The notes below the pieces were generated by a model that had not been told where the DNA came from, did not search any database, and worked only from the letters and a program-made list of their open reading frames with translations. A DNA stretch of 64,000 nt from Candidatus Dormiibacterota bacterium (lineage in GTDB: Bacteria; Chloroflexota; Dormibacteria; Aeolococcales; Aeolococcaceae), in the NCBI GenBank assembly GCA_963718525.1, contig OY970355.1, positions 192,001 to 256,000 of the forward strand, written 5' to 3'. The translations under genes were made by a program, and so were the position numbers. Below, one piece after another: positions 19,101-27,905 of this stretch; position 1 is the first letter of the stretch; each line of letters opens with the position of its first letter.

Positions 19101-19935
19101 GGTGATTGCTCACCAGCATCGCCGTGCGTTCGCGCCCGAAGCACTCCCTGACTGCCTGCGCGTGACGCAATGCCTCGCGCCGATCACCATGAATCAGCGC
19201 ATCGACAACCGCACTCCGCGCCCCACCGATGATGGCGATGCAGTCGTCGAGCTCCGCGGGATCAACATGCGCCGGCTCACTCTCAACGAGCAGCGTCGTA
19301 GACGGCAACCCCGGCCACCCAGTAGGGAAAGGCCCCGCCGTCGGCCGAAGCGCTGCCGGGCGCTCGGGCGGCGGCACCGTAGGACGCCGGGATTGAGAAG
19401 GATGCGGGCGGGAGACTCTCGCCCCAGGAGATCCGGACGGACGCGAGTGCGATCCGGACGGGTCCTGCCGTCGCGGGGACCCCTCCGCTCCGGCTTCCGT
19501 GAACCCGCCGGAGCGGCGTCCCCCCACGACGTCACCCGTCCGGATCTCCTGGATCGCTGATTGCCGCGAGGCGGCAGCGGCCGCCTCAGGATCCGGCGCA
19601 ATCCCGTCGATCACCAGGCGCGGCTGCCCTTTGACGCCGGCCAGCTGCGCAGCGCTCACCGCTCGGCACAACTGGCGATACCCGGTGCGGCTGCGTGCGA
19701 GGAGGCGAAGTCGCGAGCCGCCGGCGAGCTCCAGCTCGGTGCCGATAATCGGGTGGATCCCCTGCGCTTTCGCCGCCTGGATCAGCTCGACGGCTCCGTA
19801 GAGGCCGTTGCGATCACAGAGACCGAGCGCGGAGATCCCGAGCCGAGCAGCGGTCTCCACCATGCTCTTGGGCGAGGCGGCGCCTTCCAGGAAGGAGTAG
19901 TGGGAACGGGCAGCGAGTTCAGCGAACCCTGACAT
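16132..19935 (-). CDS. dnaE2: Error-prone DNA polymerase DnaE2 (ImuC)
   Basis: SHYSFLEGA, GRGSAADS, LLFERFL, PDIDIDF, PRHLSIHVGG, KMDLLGL, FGFCKSHAAAFA, LLNAQPMGFY, and the C-terminal SHDYR typical of DnaE2. Confidence 0.95.
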   Translation of the reverse strand: MSGFAELAARSHYSFLEGAASPKSMVETAARLGISALGLCDRNGLYGAVELIQAAKAQGIHPIIGTELELAGGSRLRLLARSRTGYRQLCRAVSAAQLAGVKGQPRLVIDGIAPDPEAAAAASRQSAIQEIRTGDVVGGRRSGGFTEAGAEGSPRRQDPSGSHSRPSGSPGARVSRPHPSQSRRPTVPPPERPAALRPTAGPFPTGWPGLPSTTLLVESEPAHVDPAELDDCIAIIGGARSAVVDALIHGDRREALRHAQAVRECFGRERTAMLVSNHLHPADRWLVAECAAIAHAADIPLLASATPDHATAADKPLLDVLTAIRHRTTLDQAAAHGLLLPNSEHRLHGEVELRVLLSDLPEAFDNTMRLAAACEVSLDFSDVRFPGYPVPEGETPFSVLYRLCQEAVQSKYHPMTRAVAARLQRELDVIEKTRLAEFFLITWDIMRFAREHGIPGQGRGSAADSIVAYLLGITRVDPVAHDLLFERFLHEDHQGTPDIDIDFSTDHREQVLQYVYDKYGPDRTGMVANVVTFRPRMAIRQVGAAMGFPETVVDKLSTHTDSWYLADVESTLASAGVDATTAGSCRRGGPSVPASVNTPGRRPPATPPGLVVPAPPEASVDVSTPTSPIVDVSNRAWQQFIEILRRIEGTPRHLSIHVGGMLVTGEPLVDVVPVERATMPGRVVVQFDKDDVEDLGLIKMDLLGLRTLSAIAECLDLIEQTTGQRPDLDALSLEDQRVYDVICKVDTIGLFQIELRAQQQSLWQSQPRCFNDLIVQVAIIRPGPIQGDAVHPYLRRRQGLEPVTYLHPKLEPILAETCGVVLYQEQILRIVMEIAAYTAGEADRFRRAMNRHRSRVEMEELRDGFIRRCVEHDLDEPVAQQIFKSVAGFAEFGFCKSHAAAFARTAYETAWLRMTYPAHYTCALLNAQPMGFYHPSVLVDDAKRHGVKILPVDVTTSRARCLVEAVGPAEFGIRIGFAYVHGLGPSARAACDDAVVAGANTSVAAFWRHTLLPRVAMENLIRVGAFDAVAAGKSRRQLLWTLKETEESLPPRKRRRATIAPADQAIVAAAVVIGPPRGSGAIAGNRLGDAPHAPHDPSTDPVPSLVSLPAVPPPLPEMDERTRVNTEYALTEVSTGPHLVSFMRERLTALGCVPLGKVRDLVDGTRIRVAGLVITRQQPSTARGFRFFTLADEDAHLDLVFRPPVVQRTLEVSRHPLLMVDGRLQVEHGRVNVLVEAVTALTPDGTPITRPGPRSSATGVPGSHDYR

Positions 19936-19984
19936 GGGCACTCGGTGGCGGCTTGACAACTACTACAATTTTGTGTAACTATTC

Positions 19985-20095
19985 GTCAGGTCAGCCCACC
20001 ACCGCACGGGGCACCAGCGGGTGCCCACCTCAGGCCTTCTCCCCTTCCCCGGCCGCCGGTTCCCCTCAACCGGCGGCCACCAGGGAGGGGCGGCG
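19985..20095. ncRNA. Candidate structured element inside the imu cassette
   Basis: Hairpins gggcacc-agcg-ggtgccc and ggccgccggtt-cccctc-aaccggcggcc (11 bp), with outer pyrimidine/purine pairing; preceded by an AT-rich tract containing TTGACA and TACAAT. Confidence 0.4.
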
Positions 20096-20101
20096 CAGAG
20101 T

Positions 20102-20350
20102 TCAGTCATAGCGGCGCTCCTGATGCCACTCGCCGGTCTCGAGGTCCCGATAGAGGTCGACGCACTCCCCGTCGTGGAGGAGACATCGCACGTAGTCGCG
20201 ACCCACGGGGATGCGCCACCAGTCGGTTTCCACGCGCCAGGTGTTCACCACCTCGGCCACCCGCACCCATGCCGCCCCGCTTCGGAGCGCGAGCGGCAAT
20301 CCATCCGCGCCGGTGCGGACCTCGGCGATCCCCTCGAGCAATTCGGTCAC
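20102..20350 (-). CDS. Small imu-cassette protein (DUF6504-like)
   Basis: 82 aa, 'VAEVVNTWRVETDWW...RDYVRC...DLYRD...W...RRYD'; GTGA overlap with imuB. Confidence 0.75.
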   Translation of the reverse strand: MTELLEGIAEVRTGADGLPLALRSGAAWVRVAEVVNTWRVETDWWRIPVGRDYVRCLLHDGECVDLYRDLETGEWHQERRYD

Positions 20351-21555
20351 CGTGCCGCCCCCGCCACAACCGGCGCTTCCCAGGTGAACCGGCGTTCCGG
20401 AAGGTCGCCGGGGTCGAGTGCCAGCCTGGGATGGCGCACCGTGGCGGCACCGAACCGGCTTCGGAGGCGATCCGCCGTGGCGACCACCGCCTCCCGCGCA
20501 CCGTCGCCGGGTCGCAGCAGATCGGTCTGCCGCCCGGCCGCCGGAGCCAGCCGGGTCACCCCGAGCCGGACGGCCGCAACCGGCGCCTGCGGCTTGATCT
20601 GACTCAGGAGGCCGAGCGCCACCGTCCAGAGTTCGCCCACGTTGCCCGAGGGTGCCGCAGGCACCATCGAAGCCGAGATCGCCTCGTGTTCCTCGATCTC
20701 GAATACCACGCTCACCTCGGCGGCCGCCAGGCCCTCGGCGGTGAGCCGGCCGCCAAGCGCCGTGGCGCACTGCCGGACTCCCCGAAGCAGGATCTCGAGA
20801 TCCCCGGTGGCCCCGTCGAGCACGAGCCGCTCACTCCACGCCCGCTGCGCCGGCACCGGGTGGATTCCACCGCTGTCCTCGCCACGCGCCAGCCGGTGCA
20901 ACCGGAGCCCATCGGGACCGAACTGGCGTTGCAGATCGGCCGGACCCAGACTCGCCACCGCGCCCAGGCAATCGAGTCCGAAGGCGGCGAGGCGGGCGGT
21001 GACCGCCGGGTCGACGGGCAGAACGTCGAGGGGCAGCGGCGCCAGGAAGACGGCTTCATCGCCGGAGCGAACCCGGCGGATCCGCCCGGGACGGCTTGCT
21101 CGTGCCGCGAGACGGGCGACGAATCGCGACTCCGCCACGCCCACGGCGATCTCCACGTCGAGCACGCCGCGCAATCCGCGAGCCACGGCGGATGCCCAGG
21201 CAGCCTCATCGGCAAACTCGGCGTGCCGGCCGGAGAGATCGCCGAATGCCTCCTCGTCACCGGCCTCCACCGTGGGCGAGAGCCGGTGGAGCTCGGCGCA
21301 GACGGCGGCGCGCAGCCGTGCGATCCCATCGGGATCGAGGGGGACGAACACCGCGGCCGGGCAGGACTGCTGTGCCTGGCGCAGCGGTTGCCCCACCCGC
21401 ACCCCGGCAGCCAGCGCCGCCTCCGAAGCGGCGACGACCGGGAGGCGCAACTCGGGAGCGCCGCCGAGGATCACCGGCTCCCCACGCAGCTCGGGATAGC
21501 GGCGGAGAGCCGCCACAAGCCCGAGGTGCGGATGGCGAGCGCAGAGAACGCGCAT
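20347..21555 (-). CDS. imuB: ImuB, catalytically inactive Y-family polymerase homolog
   Basis: VVAASEAALAAGVRVGQPL..A...CP, SPTVE, FLAPLPL, RFG. The Y-family catalytic carboxylate motifs are degenerate. Confidence 0.85.
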   Translation of the reverse strand: MRVLCARHPHLGLVAALRRYPELRGEPVILGGAPELRLPVVAASEAALAAGVRVGQPLRQAQQSCPAAVFVPLDPDGIARLRAAVCAELHRLSPTVEAGDEEAFGDLSGRHAEFADEAAWASAVARGLRGVLDVEIAVGVAESRFVARLAARASRPGRIRRVRSGDEAVFLAPLPLDVLPVDPAVTARLAAFGLDCLGAVASLGPADLQRQFGPDGLRLHRLARGEDSGGIHPVPAQRAWSERLVLDGATGDLEILLRGVRQCATALGGRLTAEGLAAAEVSVVFEIEEHEAISASMVPAAPSGNVGELWTVALGLLSQIKPQAPVAAVRLGVTRLAPAAGRQTDLLRPGDGAREAVVATADRLRSRFGAATVRHPRLALDPGDLPERRFTWEAPVVAGAAR

Positions 21556-21556
21556 C

Positions 21557-22357
21557 TCAACCTCGAGCCGCCACGCCGGCTACATCGGGAATCGGAAGGA
21601 CGATCGGCTGCAAGCGCGGTACGACGACACTGGGCAGCCCGACCACCTCGGCGGTGGCGTAGGGACGGGGGTAGCGGAGCAGCACGATTGCCTCGGCGCC
21701 GGGCGCGCCGAGCTTGCTCTTGCCGGTGGTGAGCCGCACCCGCAGCCCTGCCACGTCGCCATTGGCGCGCTGCCAGCCGACGGCCGCACAGACGAGCGTG
21801 AGCGACGAGGCGTGGCGAAGCGGGGCTGCGACCGGAGCGGGGGTGGCGATGACGCAGATCGCACCGCGCTTGGCCACTGCTTCGGCCAGCGCGGCGAGCG
21901 CATGCTCCCAAAGCGACGGCCGTGACTGCTCCCCGCCGAGTGCCACACCCACCCACGGCATGCCCGCGGCCACCAGGGCGCGTGCCATGACCAGCCCACG
22001 CTCCCACCTCGCGGGGCCCGGGGAGATCACCAGGCAGGCGTCGAGATCCGCTCCGAGGTCGGCGAGGAAGCCGGGATCGAGCGAGCCCGCAAGATCCACA
22101 TAGGCGGTGTCATGCGAGCGGCTGGCCAGCGCGACCAGCGACTGGAGCAACGTCAGCCGGCCTGAAGGCCCGCGTCCGGCGGCGGCAAGCAGGGTGACCC
22201 TGCCGTGCGGGAGGCCGCCGGGAGTCAGCACATCATCGAGGACCGGCACCGCTGTGGACCACGTGCCTGCTTCCTCCGCTGTTCCGCCACGGCGAAGCGC
22301 CTGGGGACCGTATCGGGATCGAAGTGTCGCCAGAGCGGCGGACAGGGAATCGGACAT
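21557..22357 (-). CDS. imuA: ImuA-like / RecA-like protein
   Basis: STAVPVLDDVLTPGGLPHGRV, degenerate Walker A (PSGRLTL), AYVD...SLDP; first gene of the cassette. Confidence 0.75.
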   Translation of the reverse strand: MSDSLSAALATLRSRYGPQALRRGGTAEEAGTWSTAVPVLDDVLTPGGLPHGRVTLLAAAGRGPSGRLTLLQSLVALASRSHDTAYVDLAGSLDPGFLADLGADLDACLVISPGPARWERGLVMARALVAAGMPWVGVALGGEQSRPSLWEHALAALAEAVAKRGAICVIATPAPVAAPLRHASSLTLVCAAVGWQRANGDVAGLRVRLTTGKSKLGAPGAEAIVLLRYPRPYATAEVVGLPSVVVPRLQPIVLPIPDVAGVAARG

Positions 22358-22429
22358 CGCTCCTCACTGGAAATGACCGCCGCCTACTGGGACGGAAAGC
22401 AGGAGCGCCGAGGCGGGACGTCAGTGTAG

Positions 22430-22443
22430 CGAACAGATGTTCG
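22430..22443. promoter_or_regulatory. LexA (SOS) box, Gram-positive type
   Basis: CGAAC-agat-GTTCG, ~70 bp upstream of imuA. Confidence 0.85.
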
Positions 22444-22544
22444 ACGCGCAAGTGCCGCACGAGGTCGGCGAAAGGACCTATCTCAGGAGGTCAGCACGCC
22501 GACTCTGATCCGAACCTCGCCGTCCCGGAACTAGAGTCCATCGA

Positions 22545-24098
22545 ATGACTGAGATGCTCGCGAGCTACGTCGCCGGCCAGTGGTATACCGCAGCTGACGA
22601 GGGCGCGGTGGTGGTCGACGCGGTCACGGGGGACGCGGTCGCGCGGGTTTCGAGCACCGGCCTGGACACGCGAACCATGGTTGATCACGCGCGCCATATC
22701 GGCGGACCCGCACTGCGGCGACTGACGTTTCAGGAACGGGCTGCGGCCCTGAAGGACCTCGCCACGTACCTCGATGGCAACAAGGCCGCGTACCACGAGC
22801 TGTCGCTCTCGACCGGCGCGACCCGACGGGATTCCACCGGCGATATCGAAGGGGGTATCGGCACAACCTTTGTCTTCAGCAGCCGCGGGCGGCGCGAGCT
22901 GCCGGAAGGGTTTCTCCTCACCGACGGGGACGTCGAACCCATCGGTAAAGCGGGGACGTTCGTCGGGCGGCACGTGTACACGTCGCTGCGCGGCGTTGTG
23001 CTGCAGGTCAACGCGTTCAACTTCCCGGTGTGGGGCATGCTCGAAAAGCTCGCGCCCGCCGTGCTCGCCGGCGTTCCCACCATCGTCAAGCCGGCGACGC
23101 AGACCGCCTATCTCACGCACGCGGTGGTGCGCGACATCATCGCGTCCGGGGCACTCCCCGACGGCGCCGTGCAGCTCCTGTGCGGCAGCGCGGGGGATGT
23201 CCTCGATCACCTCGGCGGCGAAGACGTGATCGCCTTCACGGGGAGCGCGAGCACCGCGGCGGTGTTGCGCGGCCAGGACGCCGTGACCGCACGCGCCGCG
23301 CGCTTCAACGCCGAGACCAACTCGCTCAACTGCTCAATCCTGGGACCCGACGCCGTGGTGGGCACGCCGGAATTCGACCTGTACATCAAGGAAGTCTCGC
23401 GTGAGATCACCACCAAAGCGGGACAGCGGTGCACCTGCATCCGGCGAGCGCTGGTTCCCGAATCGATGGTTGACGACGTGATCGCCGGTGTCCGCGCGAG
23501 GCTCGACAAGGTCGTCGTCGGCAATCCGCGCAACGAGACGGTGACCATGGGTGCGCTGGTCAGCCTCCAGCAGCGTGATGAGGTCCGCGCCGCGGTCGCC
23601 GAGCTGGCTCGCGCGGCCGAGGTCGTGTACGGCGACCCCATGTCGGTCGACCCGGTGGACGCCGACCCGATGCGCGGCGCGTTCATGGCACCCGTGGTGC
23701 TGCTGGCGACCGGCGACCGCGCGGAACCGCACGAGATCGAGGCATTCGGCCCGGTGACCACCCTCATCCAGTACGGCCCGTCGGACGATCTCGGTGCTCT
23801 TGCGGCGCGCGGCAGCGGCAGCCTGGTCGGATCGGTCATCTCCTACGACCCGGACTTCGTGCGCGAGGTGGTGACCGGCGTTGCGCCGTACCACGGTCGC
23901 CTGCTCGTCCTCGACCGTGACTGCGCAGCGGAATCCACGGGGCACGGGACGCCGATGCCGCAACTCGTCCACGGCGGTCCTGGACGCGCCGGCGGTGGCG
24001 AGGAGCTCGGCGGCATGCGTGCCGTCAAGCACTTCATGCAGCGCACGGCGCTCGAGGGGTCACCGGCGGTGATCACGAGGCTCGTGGGTGGCTCCTGA
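22545..24098 (+). CDS. PaaZ/BoxD-like aldehyde dehydrogenase (ALDH domain only)
   Basis: DIEGGIGT, NAFNFPVWGMLEK, FTGSA, KAGQRCT, EAFGPV, STGHG.P.PQLVHGGPGRAGGGEELGG; no MaoC domain. Confidence 0.88.
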   Translation: MTEMLASYVAGQWYTAADEGAVVVDAVTGDAVARVSSTGLDTRTMVDHARHIGGPALRRLTFQERAAALKDLATYLDGNKAAYHELSLSTGATRRDSTGDIEGGIGTTFVFSSRGRRELPEGFLLTDGDVEPIGKAGTFVGRHVYTSLRGVVLQVNAFNFPVWGMLEKLAPAVLAGVPTIVKPATQTAYLTHAVVRDIIASGALPDGAVQLLCGSAGDVLDHLGGEDVIAFTGSASTAAVLRGQDAVTARAARFNAETNSLNCSILGPDAVVGTPEFDLYIKEVSREITTKAGQRCTCIRRALVPESMVDDVIAGVRARLDKVVVGNPRNETVTMGALVSLQQRDEVRAAVAELARAAEVVYGDPMSVDPVDADPMRGAFMAPVVLLATGDRAEPHEIEAFGPVTTLIQYGPSDDLGALAARGSGSLVGSVISYDPDFVREVVTGVAPYHGRLLVLDRDCAAESTGHGTPMPQLVHGGPGRAGGGEELGGMRAVKHFMQRTALEGSPAVITRLVGGS

Positions 24099-24169
24099 TC
24101 ACCGGGCACGCGCGGCGGCCCTGCCCGTAAACTCGCGGGCGAACGTCTGACCCGGCGAGGAGGTACTGC

Positions 24170-25052
24170 GTGCGCGTTGCGGTGACCGGTGGTACCGGCT
24201 TTGTCGGCATCCACACCGTTCGTGCGCTCAAGGACGCCGGCCACGAGGTGGTGATCGTGGCCCGCGGAACCACCCGTCGCCCCAAGGGCGATCGAAGTCA
24301 CGTTCGTCCAGGCCGACGTGACCAGCGCACCCAAGCTTGCTGAGGCCTTCGCCGGGTGCGACGCTGTGGTTCACCTCGTCGCGATCATCCAGGAGCGCGG
24401 CCGTCAGACCTTCGACCGCGTGAACCGCGAGGGCACCGAGCGAGTCGTCGAGGCGGCCAAACACGCGAAGGTGAGCCATCTGGTGCACCAGGGTGCGCTC
24501 GGCGCGGACCCCGACCCGCGGTATCCGTACCTGCTGAGCAAATGGCAGGGCGAGCAGGCGGTCCGAGGCGGCGGCGTCCCGTACACGGCGCTGCGGCCGG
24601 GGCTCATCTTCGGGCCGGGCGACGGCTTCTTCACGCTGCTGACCCGGATGATGCGGATCAACCCGGTCATCCCCATCGCCGGCGACGGCCGGACTCTCTT
24701 CCAACCGATCTCGATCGGTGACATGACTCGCTGCATCGTTCTCGCCCTCGAGCGGGGACCGGCCCTGCGCGTGTACGAGATCGGCGGCCCCGACCTGATG
24801 AGCTACGAGGACATCGTCCGCACGATCAAAGCGGAACTCGGGCTGCATCGTAAGATCGTCCACGTGCCGGTGCCGATGATGATGCCCGCCGCGTTCGCGA
24901 TGGAGAAGCTCCTCCGTCATCCGCCGGTCACTCGCGACCAGCTCCGCATGCTCGGGCGCAACAACGTCACCCGCGTCAACTCGGTGCGAGTTGGATTCGG
25001 TTTCGACGCCGAGCGCTTTGCCGACAACTGCGACTACCTCCACGAGTACTGA
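24170..25052 (+). pseudogene. NAD-dependent epimerase / NDUFA9-like SDR, split by a +1 frameshift near 24295 (may be a sequencing error)
   Basis: GTG at 24170 (after GAGGAGG) gives MRVAVTGGTGFVG...; the remainder (VTFVQADV...VHLVAII, YLLSK, RPGLIFG) is in another frame. Confidence 0.8.
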
Positions 25053-25054
25053 GC

Positions 25055-25528
25055 ATGAGTGTCGACGACCGTCTCGCAGAGCTCCACATCGTCATTCCTG
25101 AGGCCGGCGTGCCGGTTGCCAACTACGTCACCGCGCGCCGATCAGGCAACCTGCTGTTCCTCTCCGGACACATCGGCAAGCGCGACGGCGAGGTGGTGAC
25201 GGGCGCGGTCGGCGACGGCGTCGATACCGATACCGCGTACGACCTTGCGCGCCGCGCGGCCATCGACCTCCTGGGGACGGCACGCGCGGCCCTCGGCACG
25301 CTCGACAGCGTCGCCGTGATCAAGCTGACCGGATTCGTGCGCAGCGCGCCCGGGTTCACCGAGCAACCCGCCGTCGTCAATGGCGCGTCCGACCTGCTGG
25401 TGGCGGTGTTCGGCCCCGAGCGCGGTCGGCACGCACGGAGCGCCATCGGTGTCGCGCAGCTGCCGCTGGGCGCCGCGGTGGAGATCGAGGCGATCTTCGA
25501 GGTCGTCGGCCCACCGGCGTCGGTCTGA
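25055..25528 (+). CDS. RidA/YjgF family protein
   Basis: PVANYV, LFLSGH, VNGASDLL, HARSAIGV..LP.GAAVEIE. Confidence 0.9.
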   Translation: MSVDDRLAELHIVIPEAGVPVANYVTARRSGNLLFLSGHIGKRDGEVVTGAVGDGVDTDTAYDLARRAAIDLLGTARAALGTLDSVAVIKLTGFVRSAPGFTEQPAVVNGASDLLVAVFGPERGRHARSAIGVAQLPLGAAVEIEAIFEVVGPPASV

Positions 25529-25545
25529 ACCGGTAGGCTCTGGGC

Positions 25546-26730
25546 GTGCGACCGTACCGGCAACTTGGCGACGTGCCCCGCAAGCGCCACATGCGTTTCT
25601 CCGACGACGGGCGCATGGCCTATGAAGAGTTGTTTGGACGCGAGGGCTTCAGCGGTCCGTCCTCCCTCCTCTATCACCGCGGCATGCCCGAAGGCGCGCA
25701 GGACGTCAGCGAAGGACCGCGCGATCTCATGACCCCCGAGCACGAGCAGGTGCACACCAACGCCCACCTGAAGGGGTTCGACCTCCCCTCGCAGGGCGAC
25801 GTCATCACCGGCCGGCGGTGGCTCCTCGTCAACGACGACGTGCACATCGGGCTGGTCGCCCCGGTGAGCGCGCAGCAGGTGCTCTACGTCAACGGGTCCG
25901 CCGACGAGGTGCTCTTCGTGCACGCCGGCAGCGGCGCATTGCACAGTCAGTTCGGCCATCTCGCCTTCAAACGGCACGACTACATCGTGATTCCGCGCGG
26001 CACCATCTACCGGATCGACTTCGACGATCTTGCCGACGTGCGCCTCCTCTGCATGGAGGTGACGGGGCTGGTTGACGTGCCAGACCGGTACCGCGCACGC
26101 AACGGCCAGCTCACCGAGTTCGCGCCATACAGTGAGCGCGACTTTCATGGACCGGACTCACTCGAGAGCAGCGTCGACGGCACCGCGGAAATCTGGCTGA
26201 AGCGCTCGAACCACGTGAGTCGCTACATGCTTGATCATCATCCGTTCGACGTCATCGGATGGGACGGGACGATCTACCCCGTGACATTCAACATCCACGA
26301 CTTCGAGCCGCGCGCGGGCAGGTTCCATGTTCCCCCACCGATCCATCAGACATTCCAGGCGCACAACCTGGTCATCTGCTCGTTCGTGCCGCGCAAGCTC
26401 GACTGGGATCCCGAAGCGATCCATCTGCCGTACCACCACAGCAATCTCGACTCGGACGAAGTCCTGTACTACGTCGAGGGCAACTACGCGGCGCGACGCG
26501 GCATCAGCCAGGGGTCGTTCACGCATCACGTCGGTGGGCTTCCCCATGGGCCGCAACCGGGGGCGCTCGAGGCGTCGCTCGACCGTCCACGCGAGACGGA
26601 CGAGCTCGCTGTCATGGTCGACACCTTCCGCCCGTTGCATCGCACCGCGATCGCGCGGCAGATCTACGACCGCGACTACCCGTTCAGCTGGCATACCGGC
26701 GGCGTTTCCGGCACGACCAGCATCGCCTGA
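25546..26730 (+). CDS. hmgA: Homogentisate 1,2-dioxygenase family protein
   Basis: EELFGREGF, DYIVIPRG, HPFDVIGWDG, PPPIHQTF, CSFVPR, PYHHSN.DSDEVLYY, HGP, ELAVMVDTF. Confidence 0.9.
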   Translation: MRPYRQLGDVPRKRHMRFSDDGRMAYEELFGREGFSGPSSLLYHRGMPEGAQDVSEGPRDLMTPEHEQVHTNAHLKGFDLPSQGDVITGRRWLLVNDDVHIGLVAPVSAQQVLYVNGSADEVLFVHAGSGALHSQFGHLAFKRHDYIVIPRGTIYRIDFDDLADVRLLCMEVTGLVDVPDRYRARNGQLTEFAPYSERDFHGPDSLESSVDGTAEIWLKRSNHVSRYMLDHHPFDVIGWDGTIYPVTFNIHDFEPRAGRFHVPPPIHQTFQAHNLVICSFVPRKLDWDPEAIHLPYHHSNLDSDEVLYYVEGNYAARRGISQGSFTHHVGGLPHGPQPGALEASLDRPRETDELAVMVDTFRPLHRTAIARQIYDRDYPFSWHTGGVSGTTSIA

Positions 26731-26732
26731 AC

Positions 26733-27905
26733 GTGGCGATCTCCCGGTGGTCGCGTGCGCAGCTCCAGGACGGTGGCTGGATCCGCCGCATGTTCATGGA
26801 GGGCGAGCGGCTTCGCGCTGAATTCGGCGAGGAAACCGTGGCCGACCTGTCCATCGGACAGCCCCTCGAGGCGCCGGAAAGCGTCGTCGAGGCGTTCGCC
26901 GCGGCGAGTCGCGAGCGCTTCGTGGGACGCTTCGGCTACATGCCGAACCTCGGCTACGCCGACGTCCGCGAACGCGCCGCGGAGGACGTCGAGTACCCGG
27001 GCATCAGCAGCGATTCCATCGCTATGACCCCGGGCGCGGCCGCGGCGATCGCGATCGCGATCCGGACGTTCGTCGATCCTGGCGACGACGTGATCGGCGT
27101 GGCGCCGTACTTCCCGGAGTTCCGCCTGTACTGCGAGACCGCATCGGCACGATTCGTTCCCGTGCCCGCGGGTCCCGACCTGCGCCTCGACCTCGACGGC
27201 ATCAGCGGAGCGCTCTCCGCGCACACAGCCGCGGTGATCGTGAACTCGCCCTGCAACCCGAGTGGCCACGTGCTGGACGGCGGCGAATTGTCGGGACTGG
27301 CGGCCGTGCTCGAGGCGCACAACAACAAGCACGACCGCAAGGTGCTGCTGATCATCGACGAGGTGTACCGGCGGCTGACGTATCCGCCGCACCGGCGCGT
27401 CGAACCGTTCGACGTCTACGAGCACACCGTGCTCGCCAGGTCGTTCTCGAAGGACCTGGGCGTCGCCGGAGAGCGCATCGGATATCTCGTGCTGCACCCG
27501 TCGCTGGTGAGCGCCGAGACCCACCGAGGCCTCGCCCAGGCGTTGCGCGCGCTCGGATTCGTCAACGCTCCGGCCACGGCGCAACGCGCACTCCTCCACC
27601 TCGAGTCCTGGGAGATCAACGCCGTCCCATATCGGGAACGTCGCGACATCGTCATGGATCGAGTCCGGGCGGACGGCCTGGAGGCGATCGAGCCGGAGGG
27701 TGGGCTCTATCTCTGGTTGCGAAGCCCGTGGCCGGAGACATTGCAGCTCGTCGATGCGCTCACCGCGCGCCGCGTGCTCGTGACACCCGGAATCGCGTTT
27801 GGTGTGCCTTCACACCTGCGACTGTGTTTCAGCGCCCCCCGGCGCAAACTCGAGATGGCGATGGGGGTGCTTGGCGAGCTGGCGGCGAACCCGATCTCAG
27901 CCTGA
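26733..27905 (+). CDS. PLP-dependent aminotransferase, class I/II
   Basis: WIRRMF, DLSIGQP, NSPCNPSG, DEVY, SFSKDLGVAGERIGY. Confidence 0.9.
   Translation: MAISRWSRAQLQDGGWIRRMFMEGERLRAEFGEETVADLSIGQPLEAPESVVEAFAAASRERFVGRFGYMPNLGYADVRERAAEDVEYPGISSDSIAMTPGAAAAIAIAIRTFVDPGDDVIGVAPYFPEFRLYCETASARFVPVPAGPDLRLDLDGISGALSAHTAAVIVNSPCNPSGHVLDGGELSGLAAVLEAHNNKHDRKVLLIIDEVYRRLTYPPHRRVEPFDVYEHTVLARSFSKDLGVAGERIGYLVLHPSLVSAETHRGLAQALRALGFVNAPATAQRALLHLESWEINAVPYRERRDIVMDRVRADGLEAIEPEGGLYLWLRSPWPETLQLVDALTARRVLVTPGIAFGVPSHLRLCFSAPRRKLEMAMGVLGELAANPISA

Noticed and set aside
16132-19935. Inteins in DnaE2
   Set aside because: The insertions are short and low-complexity, and lack N-terminal C/S with C-terminal HN and any LAGLIDADG motif.
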